From assembly GCA_964397525.1 (NCBI GenBank), contig CAYNIY010000003.1:5180-69179 (forward strand): a stretch of 64,000 nt of DNA. Reading direction: 5' to 3'. The DNA comes from an uncultured Eubacteriales bacterium. GTDB taxonomy: Bacteria; Bacillota; Desulfotomaculia; Desulfotomaculales; Pelotomaculaceae. A program made the position numbers and the translations under genes. Positions 9,293 to 19,767 of the stretch are shown one piece after another. Every line of letters begins with the position of its first letter. Position 1 is the stretch's first letter. The notes under the pieces were generated by a model that was given only the letters and a program-made list of their open reading frames with translations, was not told where the DNA came from and ran no database searches.

Positions 9293-10126
9293 TTAGCGAG
9301 GTGTTTCCAACTGGTAGATGTCTGTCCGCCTGTGTTTTAACAGGGGCAGGGCTTCCCTTATCTTATCTATTTGCTGGAGGTCTATATCTCCGTACAGAAT
9401 CACTTCTTTCTCGTCAGCCCGGGCAATTATTTGGCCCCAGGGATCCACGATAACGGAGTTTCCATAACTAACATAAGATGCTTCGGTGTTCCTGGCCGAT
9501 GCAGCGCCGACCATAAAAACCTGGTTGTCTATAGCCCTGGTCCTCAGCAGCAGTTCCCAGTGGGCCGGCCCGGTATTCATATTGAAGGCGGCGGGCAGCA
9601 CAATTATCTCTGCCCCCATCAGGGCCATTAAAAGGGTTAATTCAGGAAACCGTATGTCATAGCATATCGCCAGACCAAGTGTGCATATTTCTGTTTTGAC
9701 GACGGTGATACTATTCCCGGCTCCGAGTGTCCTGGATTCGTGAAAGGAAAGGCTGTCCGGAAAGTCTACATCAAAAAGATGAATTTTCCGGTGTTTTGCC
9801 AGCAGTTCACCTCTGGGGCCAAAAATGAAGCTCGAGTTATAGATATAGTTTTCTTCCCGTTCGGGAATGGAGCCGCCGACGAGAAAAACTTCCTCTTCTG
9901 CTGCTGTCTCCGACAGCATTTTTAGCGTGCTGCCGTCAGGGAAACTTTCTGCATATTTTGGAAAAAGACTGCTGTTGTAAGGACAATTGAACATTTCCGG
10001 CAGTACTACAAGCCTGCAGCCTTCGGCTGCTGCCTTTTTAATCATTGAACGGGCCTTGGAAATATTCAAATCCTTGTTGTTAATAACCAGCATCTGGCAA
10101 ATGCCAATTTTAAATTTGTTTCTCAT
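9293..10126 (-). CDS. carbon-nitrogen hydrolase (nitrilase superfamily, omega-amidase/Nit2-like)
   Basis: Glu-Lys-Cys triad motifs LPEMF, HRKIHLFD, ICYDIRFPE; GPAHWELLLRTRAIDNQ. Confidence 0.92.
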   Translation of the reverse strand: MRNKFKIGICQMLVINNKDLNISKARSMIKKAAAEGCRLVVLPEMFNCPYNSSLFPKYAESFPDGSTLKMLSETAAEEEVFLVGGSIPEREENYIYNSSFIFGPRGELLAKHRKIHLFDVDFPDSLSFHESRTLGAGNSITVVKTEICTLGLAICYDIRFPELTLLMALMGAEIIVLPAAFNMNTGPAHWELLLRTRAIDNQVFMVGAASARNTEASYVSYGNSVIVDPWGQIIARADEKEVILYGDIDLQQIDKIREALPLLKHRRTDIYQLETPR

Positions 10127-10151
10127 AAATGCCGGTTTATCCCTTCATGAT

Positions 10152-12125
10152 TTATGGTTTCCCGGTTATCAGTATCTCAACAACTGTTGGATCAGCTAAT
10201 GTTGAGGTATCCCCAAGATGTTCAAGATCCCCGGATGCTATCTTCCTTAAAATCCTCCTGAGGATTTTACCGCTCCTGGTTTTAGGCAGGGAGTGTGTAA
10301 AGTGTATGACATCCGGGGAAGCAATCGGGCCTATTTCTTTGCGTACAATAGCAACGAGTTCTTTTCTTAAATCCTCCGTCGCGGTAATGCCGTCTAAGAG
10401 CGTTATATAGGCATAAATGCCTTCACCCTTGATATCGTGCGGGTAGCCTACTACAGCTGCCTCAGCCACTTTGGGGTGAGCTACCAGGGAGCTTTCTACT
10501 TCTGCTGTTCCAAGGCGGTGCCCGGATATATTGATCACATCATCCACGCGGCCCATCAGCCAGTAAAACCCGTCCTCATCTTTGCGGGCGCCGTCAGCTG
10601 TGAAATAGCAGCCCGGGTACTGGGTGAAATAAGTGTTTTTAAACTTATCGGGTTCGCCATAGACACCGCGCATGATACCGGGCCATGGTTTTGTAATGAC
10701 CAGGTACCCTCCTTCATTAACCCCAGCCTCTGTGCCGTCCTGGCGAATAACCTTTGGATTTACGCCGAAAAATGGCAGAGTGGCTGAGCCTGGTTTAAGT
10801 GGGACACCACCGGGCAGTGGTGAAATTAAAATTCCGCCTGTTTCAGTCTGCCACCATGTATCGACAACAGGGCATTTTTCTTTTCCGATTATCTTGTAGT
10901 ACCACATCCAGGCTTCGGGATTAATCGGTTCACCAACCGATCCAAGCAGGCGCAGGCTGCTGAGGTTTCTTCCTTGCGGCCACCTGTCGCCATCCCTCAT
11001 CATGGACCTTATAGCTGTAGGTGCGGTATAGAAGATATTTACACCGTATCTTTCTACAATCTCCCAAAACCTGTCCGGATCTGGATAGTTCGGTGTTCCC
11101 TCAAACATCAGGGTTGTAGCGCCGGCTGAGAGGGGACCATAAATGACGTAACTGTGTCCGGTAACCCAGCCGATATCAGCTGTGCACCAGAATATATCTT
11201 CATCCCGGTAATCAAAGATATACTTAAAAGTTGTTGTAGTGTAAACCATGTAACCGCCGGTGGTGTGCAGCACACCCTTGGGCTTTCCGGTGCTGCCGCT
11301 TGTATATAGGATAAACAGCGGGTCTTCCGCATCCATTTCCTCAGGCTCGCAGTCAGCCTGGGCATATCTCATGAGATCATGATACCAGTAGTCGCGGCCT
11401 TCCGTCATTTCACATTCTTTATCAACCCTTTTAACCACGACGCAGTTTTTAATTCTTGGGCAGTCTAACAATGCATCATCAGCGTTTCCTTTGATAGCAA
11501 GGTGTTTGCCGGACCTGTACCCAAAATTACAGGTAATCAGTGTTTCCGCTCCTGCGTCGAGGATCCTGTCACGCAGGGCTTCCGAGCTGTATCCGCCAAA
11601 AACAACGCTGTGGATAGCCCCGATCCTAGTACAGGCCAGCAAGGTTATGGCCAGCTCGGGGATCATCGGCAGGTAAACGGTAACCCGATCCCCTTTCTTT
11701 ATACCCAAATTTTTTAAGACATTTGCAAATCTGCAGACTTCCCGGTGCAGCTGGAGATAAGTATATGTTTTGCTTTCTTCCAGTGGCTCACCCTGCCAGA
11801 TCAGGGCTGCCTTGTTTCGGCGCCAGCTCTTTAGGTGACGATCCAGGCAGTTATAGGAGGCGTTGAGTTTCGCGCCGTGAAAATATCTTATATAGAAATC
11901 ATCAGTGAAATTATATTCTTCAACCGAATCCCATTTTTTATACCAGTCTATTTGTTCTGCCATTTCAGCCCAGAACTCGTCTGGTTTCTCAATTGATTTG
12001 CGCCACATTTCGTTGCGCTGTTCAAGGCTGCTGACGCGCGCCTTTTCCGCAAACTCAGGAGCTGGATAAAAAACCCTGTTTTCGATCAGCGAAGAATCCA
12101 CGCTTCCAGTTTTTTCCCCTGTCAT
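10152..12125 (-). CDS. acs: acetyl-CoA synthetase (AMP-forming)
   Basis: [52 protein letters not shown] with the acetylatable Lys; ATG at 12125 after GGAGGGG. Confidence 0.96.
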   Translation of the reverse strand: MTGEKTGSVDSSLIENRVFYPAPEFAEKARVSSLEQRNEMWRKSIEKPDEFWAEMAEQIDWYKKWDSVEEYNFTDDFYIRYFHGAKLNASYNCLDRHLKSWRRNKAALIWQGEPLEESKTYTYLQLHREVCRFANVLKNLGIKKGDRVTVYLPMIPELAITLLACTRIGAIHSVVFGGYSSEALRDRILDAGAETLITCNFGYRSGKHLAIKGNADDALLDCPRIKNCVVVKRVDKECEMTEGRDYWYHDLMRYAQADCEPEEMDAEDPLFILYTSGSTGKPKGVLHTTGGYMVYTTTTFKYIFDYRDEDIFWCTADIGWVTGHSYVIYGPLSAGATTLMFEGTPNYPDPDRFWEIVERYGVNIFYTAPTAIRSMMRDGDRWPQGRNLSSLRLLGSVGEPINPEAWMWYYKIIGKEKCPVVDTWWQTETGGILISPLPGGVPLKPGSATLPFFGVNPKVIRQDGTEAGVNEGGYLVITKPWPGIMRGVYGEPDKFKNTYFTQYPGCYFTADGARKDEDGFYWLMGRVDDVINISGHRLGTAEVESSLVAHPKVAEAAVVGYPHDIKGEGIYAYITLLDGITATEDLRKELVAIVRKEIGPIASPDVIHFTHSLPKTRSGKILRRILRKIASGDLEHLGDTSTLADPTVVEILITGKP

Positions 12126-12451
12126 AGCTACCCCTCCACCATTATTTGATGAAACAAACCAACTTGAAAAAAGCAATAAACAACAATGCATTTATAATAT
12201 ATCATATTTTTTAAATAATTAAGAATTTTGCTTTAAATTACCACTACAGTCAGTTAAAAAGCATAAAAAGAAGGTTTAATGGTTTCAGTTTTCTGATAAG
12301 AAAGGTTGAATAATATGATGGCGGATGTATATATATCTATGGTTAAAACCTTTATAAGGGAATTATAAGCCAGCTGCGGGCAGTTTACTTTGAGAGATGT
12401 AAATAAATATTAAATAAAAGTTAAATTTTCCTTAAAGAAATCGGGGCAATA

Positions 12452-12480
12452 TTGACATCCAAAAAACAGTGTCTTATAAT
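12452..12480 (+). promoter_or_regulatory. sigma-A promoter of clpB
   Basis: Exact TTGACA-17 bp-TATAAT. Confidence 0.85.
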
Positions 12481-12482
12481 AT

Positions 12483-12499
12483 GGTCAAATAAGGTCAAA
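12483..12499 (+). promoter_or_regulatory. CtsR operator
   Basis: GGTCAAA-TAA-GGTCAAA heptad direct repeat at the transcription start of clpB. Confidence 0.88.
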
Positions 12500-12594
12500 G
12501 ATAATTTTGATCTGCCAAAGTTTATTAATGCTGCGAATTTAGGGCGGCTGGTCGCCGGATTATTTCAAATCCACGAATTGGAAGGAGTAATTAC

Positions 12595-15189
12595 ATGAGG
12601 CTGGATAAACTTACCTTGAAAACACAGGAAGCACTTGAAGATGCACAAAAGATCATGTCTGAACATAGTCACCAGCAGATGGAGAGTGAGCATCTGTTGT
12701 TGGGTTTGCTCCGGCAAGATGAGGGCTTGGTCCGGCAGATCCTGAAAAAAATGGAGATCAATATAGTAAATTTAGAGAATCAGGTTCTGGCCGCTGTGGA
12801 CAGGCTGCCAAAGGTCAGCGGCGCCGGTGGGCCACATGTTTCTCAAGGACTGTCTAAAATCATCGACCTTGCCTGGAAGGAAGCGGAGAGGCTCAAAGAC
12901 GAATACTTGAGTACTGAACATGTATTGCTGGGTATGGTTGCCGGCAGGGAAGGGGAGGCAGGAAAAATCCTGCGTGCAAACGGGGTGACCCAGGACGCTG
13001 TCTATAAGATCCTGCTGGAAATCCGCGGCACCCAGCGTGTAACTGACCAGAATCCCGAGGATAAATACCAGTCCTTGAACCGTTTCACCAGGGACCTGAC
13101 AGAACTGGCCCGCAAAGGCAAGATGGACCCGGTGATCGGCAGGGACGAGGAAATCCGCAGAGTGGTCCAGGTGCTTTCCAGGCGCACAAAAAACAACCCG
13201 GTTTTAATCGGTGAGCCTGGTGTGGGCAAAACAGCAATAGTTGAAGGCCTGGCCCAGCGCATAGTCAGCGGTGATATTCCGGAAAGTTTAAAGAACAAGC
13301 GGCTCCTCAGCCTGGATATAGGCGCTATGGTAGCAGGCTCGAAATACCGGGGTGAGTTTGAGGACCGCCTGAAAGCAGTATTGAAAGAAATCAGTGAAGC
13401 CCAGGGGGAAATCGTCCTCTTCATCGACGAACTGCATACCCTGGTTGGCGCCGGTGCCGCGGAAGGGGCCATGGATGCAGCCAACATGCTTAAGCCGGCA
13501 CTGGCGCGGGGTGAGCTGCGCTGTGTGGGTGCCACTACCCTGGATGAGTTCCGCAAGCATATAGAAAAAGACGCTGCCCTGGAGCGCCGTTTTCAGCCTG
13601 TTTACGTGGGGGAACCCAGTGTAGAGGATACCATTGCTATCTTGAGAGGTCTAAAGGAAAAATATGAAGTGCACCATGGGGTAAGGATAAAAGACGCCGC
13701 CCTAGTGGCTGCGGCGACGCTCTCCCACCGTTATATTTCAGAGCGTTTTCTGCCTGATAAGGCCATTGACCTTATCGACGAAGCGGCTTCCCGCCTGCGG
13801 ATAGAAATCGACAGCATGCCAACTGAAATAGATGAAATCGACAGGCGGATCAGGCAGCTTGAAATTGAAAAGCAAGCGCTGGCCAAGGAACAGGACAGAG
13901 CCAGCCAGGACAGGTTCGAAAAAATGGAAGAAGAACTCCGTACCCTGAAGATAAGTATTGATACCTTGAAGGATCACTGGCACAAGGAAAAAGAATTAAT
14001 TCAAAGCATCCGGGAAATCAAGGAGAGGATTGAAGAGACTCGATTGATGGAACAGGGTGCAGAGCGGGATACCGACCTGGCCAGGGTTGCCGAACTGCGG
14101 TACGGCGTGCTGCCCGAATTAGACAAAAGGCTTCAGCAAAACAATGAAAAGCTGGAAAAACTGCAGATTGAACACAAAATGCTTAAAGAGGAAGTAGATG
14201 AAGAAGATATTGCCGAGGTGGTGTCCAAGTGGACTGGTGTCCCCGTATCCCGGATGCTGGAGGGAGAAGTACAGAAACTGCTTAAGATGGAAGAGCTCCT
14301 GACAAAAAGAGTTGTTGGCCAGGATCGGGCGGTACAGGCAGTTTCTGACGCCATCCGTCGGGCCAGGGCCGGGGTATCCGATCCGAACAGGCCAATGGGA
14401 TCTTTCATATTCCTTGGCCCTACCGGTGTAGGCAAGACCGAGCTGGCAAGAGCGCTGGCGCACTTTCTGTTTAACGATGAGCGGGCCATGCTGCGCTTCG
14501 ACATGAGTGAATATATGGAAAAGCACACAGTTTCAAGGCTGATCGGGGCACCTCCGGGCTACGTCGGTTACGAGGAGGGGGGCCAGCTTACCGAAGCGGT
14601 ACGCCGCCGCCCTTACGCGGTTATTCTGTTTGATGAGATCGAGAAAGCACACCCGGATGTATTCAACATTCTGCTGCAGTTGCTGGATGACGGCCGGCTC
14701 ACGGATGGGCACGGCCGCACCGTAGATTTCCGGAACACGGTAGTGATCATGACCTCAAACCTGGGAGGCCACTTGTTCCGGGAAATCAAGGATGAAAACC
14801 GCGCGGAGCTTGAGGCTCGCGTGATGGAGGAGCTAAGAACTAACTTCCGTCCGGAATTTTTGAACCGCGTTGACGAGGTAGTCATATTCAATAACCTGGG
14901 CAGAGATGAGATTGTCAGGATTGTGGACATCCAGCTGGAGCTGCTTAAACAGCGCCTGGCGAAACTAGGTCTCTCCCTGGAAATTACAGAGGAGACTAAA
15001 GCGCTGTTGGCGGAAGAAGGTTTTGATCCGGTATATGGTGCCAGGCCATTGAAAAGGGCTGTCCAGAGGCGCCTGGAAAATCCGCTTTCGGTGCATATCC
15101 TGGAAGGCAAGAAAGCTCGGGGCGGCGGTATCCTGGTTAAGGTTGATCCGGTGAGCGGCAGCCTGGTCTTTGAAGACCGGCCGGAATAA
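12595..15189 (+). CDS. clpB: ATP-dependent chaperone ClpB
   Basis: Two AAA modules ([16 protein letters not shown]), coiled-coil M domain, 864 aa. Confidence 0.98.
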   Translation: MRLDKLTLKTQEALEDAQKIMSEHSHQQMESEHLLLGLLRQDEGLVRQILKKMEINIVNLENQVLAAVDRLPKVSGAGGPHVSQGLSKIIDLAWKEAERLKDEYLSTEHVLLGMVAGREGEAGKILRANGVTQDAVYKILLEIRGTQRVTDQNPEDKYQSLNRFTRDLTELARKGKMDPVIGRDEEIRRVVQVLSRRTKNNPVLIGEPGVGKTAIVEGLAQRIVSGDIPESLKNKRLLSLDIGAMVAGSKYRGEFEDRLKAVLKEISEAQGEIVLFIDELHTLVGAGAAEGAMDAANMLKPALARGELRCVGATTLDEFRKHIEKDAALERRFQPVYVGEPSVEDTIAILRGLKEKYEVHHGVRIKDAALVAAATLSHRYISERFLPDKAIDLIDEAASRLRIEIDSMPTEIDEIDRRIRQLEIEKQALAKEQDRASQDRFEKMEEELRTLKISIDTLKDHWHKEKELIQSIREIKERIEETRLMEQGAERDTDLARVAELRYGVLPELDKRLQQNNEKLEKLQIEHKMLKEEVDEEDIAEVVSKWTGVPVSRMLEGEVQKLLKMEELLTKRVVGQDRAVQAVSDAIRRARAGVSDPNRPMGSFIFLGPTGVGKTELARALAHFLFNDERAMLRFDMSEYMEKHTVSRLIGAPPGYVGYEEGGQLTEAVRRRPYAVILFDEIEKAHPDVFNILLQLLDDGRLTDGHGRTVDFRNTVVIMTSNLGGHLFREIKDENRAELEARVMEELRTNFRPEFLNRVDEVVIFNNLGRDEIVRIVDIQLELLKQRLAKLGLSLEITEETKALLAEEGFDPVYGARPLKRAVQRRLENPLSVHILEGKKARGGGILVKVDPVSGSLVFEDRPE

Positions 15190-15225
15190 AACCTAGGACT
15201 TGGATGCATACTGTGAGAATTATGA

Positions 15226-15257
15226 CGTGAAGGTGCGGCTTAAGCCGCACCTTCACG
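15226..15257. repeat. perfect 32-bp palindrome downstream of clpB (terminator-like)
   Basis: CGTGAAGGTGCGGCTTAAGCCGCACCTTCACG equals its reverse complement. Confidence 0.85.
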
Positions 15258-15431
15258 GTTGGCTAAACCAACCCTGCAAAAAAACCGGATTCCGGTGTAT
15301 AATAATCCATGATGAATTCTTCTTAATTATGTATTAGCAGAGGTATTTGCAGCAGGAGCTTAGGAGAAGGCAGCAGAAATTTAAGCACCGGCCACACGTG
15401 CCGGTAAATTAACCTTTGGGAGGCAGAATAT

Positions 15432-16538
15432 ATGGCTGCAAAAGTTTATTTTACCGATATGAGGGCGGGCTTCAATAAGAGCTTGCTTGATAAAGTAGAA
15501 AGGTTATTCGACTATGCTGGTATGTCCACTTTTATTGGATGTAAAGATCTGGTAGCGATAAAGCTCCATTTTGGGGAAAAAGGAAATACAGGCTACATCC
15601 GCCCCCAGTTTCTGCGCAGAATAGTTAACAAAGTAAAGAGTCTGGGTGGGAGACCTTTCCTTACAGATACAAACACACTTTACTTTGGCAGCCGCTCAAA
15701 CGCGATTGATCATCTGCAAACCGCTATTGAAAATGGCTTCGCATATGCGGTGATAGATGCGCCGCTCATTATTGCAGACGGGCTTGCCGGTAAGGACTAC
15801 ATAAATGTAGAAATAAACCGTAAGCATTTTAAAGTTGCCAAAATAAGCTCGGCGGCATATCATGCTGATGCGATAATTGCTTTAACTCATTTTACAGGGC
15901 ATGAAATGGCCGGGTTTGGCGGTGTATTAAAAAACCTTGGTATGGGACTGGGATCAAGGAGCGGTAAGCAGAACATGCATTCAGACGCCCTTCCCTCGAT
16001 AAATCCTGACAAGTGTACAGCCTGCGGCAGGTGTAGTGAGTGGTGCCCTGCGGAAGCTATCAGGCTTAAGGGAAATGATTACCAAATAGATGAGAGAAAA
16101 TGTATAGGCTGCGGGGAATGTACCGTTACTTGTCCAGTGCAGGCGATTGCTGTTAACTGGAAAACAGAACCTGCTGCCATCCAGGAAAAAATAGTTGAAT
16201 ACGCTGAAGGAGCTTTAAAAAATAAAAATGGAAAATACGGTTTTATAACCTTCCTTACTAATATATCTCCCCATTGCGACTGCTTTGGCTGGAGTGACGC
16301 CCCGCTGGTAAAGGACATTGGTATTCTTGCCTCCCGCGATCCCGTGGCTATCGACCAGGCCTGCATTGACCTTATCAACAGGGAGAAAGCTCTTCCTAAC
16401 ACAAAGCTTAACGGTAAAACTGATTCGAAGGATAAATTCAAGTCTTTATATCCTGACATAGACTGGCAGCGTCAGCTGGGCTATGCTGAGGAAATCGGTC
16501 TGGGCACCAGAAAGTACGAGTTGATCAAATGTGACTAA
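15432..16538 (+). CDS. DUF362 protein with 2x[4Fe-4S] ferredoxin insert
   Basis: KLHFGEKGN...PFLTDTNTLY; CTACGRCSEWCP and CIGCGECTVTCP; PHCDC. Confidence 0.9.
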   Translation: MAAKVYFTDMRAGFNKSLLDKVERLFDYAGMSTFIGCKDLVAIKLHFGEKGNTGYIRPQFLRRIVNKVKSLGGRPFLTDTNTLYFGSRSNAIDHLQTAIENGFAYAVIDAPLIIADGLAGKDYINVEINRKHFKVAKISSAAYHADAIIALTHFTGHEMAGFGGVLKNLGMGLGSRSGKQNMHSDALPSINPDKCTACGRCSEWCPAEAIRLKGNDYQIDERKCIGCGECTVTCPVQAIAVNWKTEPAAIQEKIVEYAEGALKNKNGKYGFITFLTNISPHCDCFGWSDAPLVKDIGILASRDPVAIDQACIDLINREKALPNTKLNGKTDSKDKFKSLYPDIDWQRQLGYAEEIGLGTRKYELIKCD

Positions 16539-16549
16539 ACAAGGATTTG

Positions 16550-17848
16550 ATGTATTCTATGAGAAATGAACCGGATAACCGTCCACTGTCCAATAGTCCG
16601 CCAGGGAAACGGGAAAAAGCGGTACTTGTTGGGATAGAATTAGCGGGGGACGATCCCGAACAGACAAAATATTCTCTTGAAGAACTGGCCCGACTGGCCG
16701 ATACCGCGGGCGCCGATGTCCTGGGGCAGATGGTTCAAAAAAGAAACAAACCCGATGCGGCAACTCTACTGGGCAAAGGCAAAGCAGAAGAGATAGCCGT
16801 ATTCTGCCAAGAACTAAAGGCTAATTTATTGATAATTAACCGGGAGCTGTCTTCTGCCCAGTTACGCAACCTGGAGGAGCTTACTAGCGTCAGGGTCGTC
16901 GACCGGACCCAATTGATCCTCGATATCTTTGCCCTTAGGGCCAGGACCAGCGAGGGCAAGCTGCAGGTGGAACTGGCCCAGTTAAACTATCTGCTGCCCC
17001 GTCTGGCAGGACATGGTGCTTCAATGTCCCGCCTTGGCGGTGGTATCGGGACCAGAGGTCCGGGTGAAACGAAGTTGGAAGTTGACCGCAGGCGTATTCG
17101 CAAGCGGATTGCAGACCTTAACGAGGAGATCAGGGAAGTAAAAAAACATCGTGATTTATTACGCCGGGGACGCAGAGAAATGCCAATTCCCTTGGTAGCC
17201 CTGGTAGGTTATACGAACGCCGGAAAATCAACCATCCTAAAGAAATTAACAGGCGCCGCCCTGCTTGTGGAAGATAAGCTTTTCGCTACCCTGGATCCCA
17301 CCACAAGACGTGTTGTACTGCCAAACAATGAAGCAATTTTACTGACGGATACCGTGGGCTTTATCCAGAACCTGCCCCACCACCTGGTAGCGGCATTCAG
17401 GGCAACCCTGGAAGAAGTTGTAGAGGCGGATCTTCTTCTGCATGTGGTTGATGCGTCCCATGCAAACGCTGAAAAACAGATTGAAGCGGTGGACAAAGTC
17501 CTGGCATCGCTGGGCGCATCGGAGAAACCCGTAATCATGGTCTATAATAAATTTGACCTTGTGCAGGGTAAAGATTTGCTACCGGTGGAAAAAGGACAGC
17601 AGACTGTCTCTCTATCTGCCCAAAAAGGATGGGGTTTTGGTGAACTCTTGGAAACTGTAGCCCGCGCTTTTTCCTCCAGGCGAGTGAGAAAAACTTTTTT
17701 TGTGCCTTTCAATAAGAGCGGGGTACTTCCTATGCTGCATGAAAAAGGGATGATACTGCAGGAGGAGCACGGTGAAAAAGGAGTGACATTGGAAGTTGAG
17801 ATAGAAGTTGTTTGGGCGAACAGGGCGGAGGCAAGAATTAGAGATTAG
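16550..17848 (+). CDS. hflX: ribosome-splitting GTPase HflX
   Basis: GGGIGTRGPGETKLE, GYTNAGKST, LFATLDPT, DTVGFI, NKFD. Confidence 0.97.
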   Translation: MYSMRNEPDNRPLSNSPPGKREKAVLVGIELAGDDPEQTKYSLEELARLADTAGADVLGQMVQKRNKPDAATLLGKGKAEEIAVFCQELKANLLIINRELSSAQLRNLEELTSVRVVDRTQLILDIFALRARTSEGKLQVELAQLNYLLPRLAGHGASMSRLGGGIGTRGPGETKLEVDRRRIRKRIADLNEEIREVKKHRDLLRRGRREMPIPLVALVGYTNAGKSTILKKLTGAALLVEDKLFATLDPTTRRVVLPNNEAILLTDTVGFIQNLPHHLVAAFRATLEEVVEADLLLHVVDASHANAEKQIEAVDKVLASLGASEKPVIMVYNKFDLVQGKDLLPVEKGQQTVSLSAQKGWGFGELLETVARAFSSRRVRKTFFVPFNKSGVLPMLHEKGMILQEEHGEKGVTLEVEIEVVWANRAEARIRD

Positions 17849-17856
17849 ATGCAGAG

Positions 17857-17882
17857 TGCAGGTATCTACCTGCATCTTTTTT
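17857..17882 (+). terminator. intrinsic terminator after hflX
   Basis: TGCAGGTA/TACCTGCA stem followed by T run. Confidence 0.7.
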
Positions 17883-17971
17883 TGAAAAAATCTGAGGTAA
17901 AAAAATTCAGGGGTCCAAAGTATATTAAAATGTTGGGACTTTTGGTGAATGTTTTTAGGACCTTTACATAA

Positions 17972-17999
17972 TAAAGATTCATCAAAGCCTTGACGATAA
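17972..17999 (+). promoter_or_regulatory. sigma28 (SigD/FliA)-type promoter for flgM
   Basis: TAAA-16 bp-GACGATAA versus consensus TAAA-N15/16-GCCGATAT. Confidence 0.65.
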
Positions 18000-18030
18000 T
18001 TGTGATAGGAAGCAAAGGCAGGTGTTCCAG

Positions 18031-18333
18031 ATGAGGTTAAACGGGTCTTGTGAAACAAGGTCTCTAAAAGCCTATATACCATTATTAAAGAAAGACAGGA
18101 CAATGCAAAAAGAAAAAAATGACTTACAAAGCCCGAGGGACAGGATTGATGTTTTACAGGAAGCTATAAAAATTCTATCATGCAGGAGTGTGTACGATAA
18201 AAAATCAACAGTCCGGGAAGACCTGGTAGCAGGCTTAAAAAAAAGAATACAAGATGGTTTATATAAGCCAGACAGTGAAAAAATTGCTGCCGGTATAATA
18301 TCAGATATATTATTAGCTCAAACCATCGCCTGA
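18031..18333 (+). CDS. flgM: anti-sigma28 factor FlgM (divergent)
   Basis: C-terminal VREDLVAGLKKRIQDGLYKPDSEKIA matches the FlgM sigma-binding region; sigma28 promoter upstream. Confidence 0.8.
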   Translation: MRLNGSCETRSLKAYIPLLKKDRTMQKEKNDLQSPRDRIDVLQEAIKILSCRSVYDKKSTVREDLVAGLKKRIQDGLYKPDSEKIAAGIISDILLAQTIA

Positions 18334-18467
18334 ACTGTCTGAATAAATGCCGTGATCCTAATAGATATAAAAGGAGAGTGATCATCGGATATTTTTAATA
18401 TTATTAAAATGCAAAACATCACTAAAGAAAAATAGTGACGTGAAGGCAAAAAAAAGATGAAGTAAGC

Positions 18468-18494
18468 TAAATTTAAAACGAAATAAGACGATAT
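18468..18494 (+). promoter_or_regulatory. sigma28-type promoter of the former flagellin gene
   Basis: TAAA-15 bp-GACGATAT, followed by a hag-like leader and ATTCATGGAGGAA RBS at 18561-18573. Confidence 0.65.
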
Positions 18495-18572
18495 AGAAAG
18501 TAGAATAATATTTTACGAGGCGGCCGACCCGTAAAAAACCACAAGTAAGCGTTAAGAGAAATTCATGGAGGA

Positions 18573-19088
18573 ATGAAACTGACAAAACAGGATGATTGTC
18601 TTTTGCGGTCCCTTTGTCGAGACAGGCACAAAAAAGTTAACGACTAATATATTATCAATACTTTACACTCAGTAATGTTTGAAAACTAAATGATTAATGC
18701 TTCAGACAGGCGCCAATAATAAGCAAAGCATTTCAACTATAATTGCCAACATAAGAAATAATGGCGGAACCGCTGAATCGATATCAGACCAATCTGTCGT
18801 CTGGATTTTAAAAATGACCTGTGCTGATGCCGCGATTGACATTGTGATTAAACCATTGCACAGACACCTGTAACCCGCTGGATTAGTGTCTGTCAGGAAA
18901 TAGGGAATATCTGACCAATAATGTAATCTTTTAATAGGATTATCGCCAATTTACTCACCTGCAACGTGGACATATGCATAAGTATAATGAGACAGAGCAT
19001 CATGAGCAGATTCGCTGCTATCACAATGTCCATGCTGGCCCGGGCGAACCAACAGACATTTCTGCAATATCCGAAGAATAAGCAATGA
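18573..19088 (+). pseudogene. fliC: heavily decayed flagellin gene
   Basis: Fragments in different frames: LQTGANNKQSISTIIANIR...ADAAIDIV (18697-18873) and NVD-20 aa-MLARANQQ (ending 19088), matching flagellin LQIGAN and the VD-x20-MLAQANQ C-terminus; stops and frameshifts. Confidence 0.72.
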
Positions 19089-19089
19089 C

Positions 19090-19120
19090 CAGGGGAGCCG
19101 GTTAAAGGCTGGTTCCCCTG
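19090..19120 (+). terminator. hairpin after flagellin remnant
   Basis: CAGGGGAGCCGG...CTGGTTCCCCTG inverted repeat; no T tail. Confidence 0.5.
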
Positions 19121-19418
19121 CAGCGAGAGAAACAAACACCAGACATTTAAACAAATCTGGTGTCAGATATAAATTTCATATTAAGTCGTCCTACCAATGA
19201 AACAAAAATAAACTTTGCAAAATCTTAAACATGTTTTTGATGTATCCAATATACTTTAAAAATTAAAATATGCAAAAGGCTTTTTCCCAGCATATAGTAA
19301 TCAAAAAATATTTAGGTTATCAAAAACACGATAGTTATACAAAAACTCAGCGTGTCATTAAAATAAAAACCAAGCTTAAATCAGCTTGGTTTTTTACTAT
19401 TTAATTGACGCAACGAAA

Positions 19419-19433
19419 AATTTTCACAAAAAT
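19419..19433. promoter_or_regulatory. possible CodY box upstream of the fli operon
   Basis: AATTTTCACAAAAAT, 2 mismatches to AATTTTCWGAAAATT; the region is AT-rich so it may be chance. Confidence 0.3.
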
Positions 19434-19522
19434 CTGTTTTTATTGCAGGAATACGTTATTTGTTGTAGAATGAATTTACATAAAATAAGGAAAATTGTAC
19501 CTTTAAAATATAATATTTCTGT

Positions 19523-19682
19523 CGGAAAGGGCAAACTTCCCGAAAGGGAGGGGCGCAAAACTTCGGGCCTAAAGCCGAATAATTATACAGCGGACAGGTT
19601 TGGGATTATATTTGTGTTAATTTATTATATCCAAAAACTGTTTTGCTTTTGATTTTTTAGCCAGGGCGGCTGAGTTGCCGGG
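19523..19682 (+). promoter_or_regulatory. cyclic di-GMP-I (GEMM) riboswitch with extended P3
   Basis: GGGCAAAC-TTCCC GAAA GGGAG-GGGCGCAAAAC...GGCCTAAA...GCGGCTGAGTTGCCG; GAAA tetraloop and CTAAA receptor; G at the G20-equivalent position. Confidence 0.85.
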
Positions 19683-19692
19683 ATTGCGTATC

Positions 19693-19723
19693 AAACCAAG
19701 CCCTTTCAATAGGGCTTGGTTTT
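19693..19723 (+). terminator. riboswitch expression-platform terminator
   Basis: AAACCAAGCCCT-ttcaat-AGGGCTTGGTTT then T-rich, 10 nt after the aptamer. Confidence 0.8.
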
Positions 19724-19767
19724 AATATTTATTTGATTTATGTACTTGAGTTATATGTTTTTAAAGT

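Noticed and set aside
14613-15209. Long antisense ORFs such as 14613-15209, 13002-13556, 26932-27879 and 50020-50802
   Set aside because: They shadow well-supported genes on the opposite strand and show no motifs
18370-18465. flgN remnant after flgM
   Set aside because: An RBS-like AAAGGAGAGTG is present, but no frame gives recognisable FlgN sequence
19386-19652. 88-aa plus-strand ORF in the track
   Set aside because: Overlaps the promoter region and riboswitch aptamer, has no RBS and low-complexity composition
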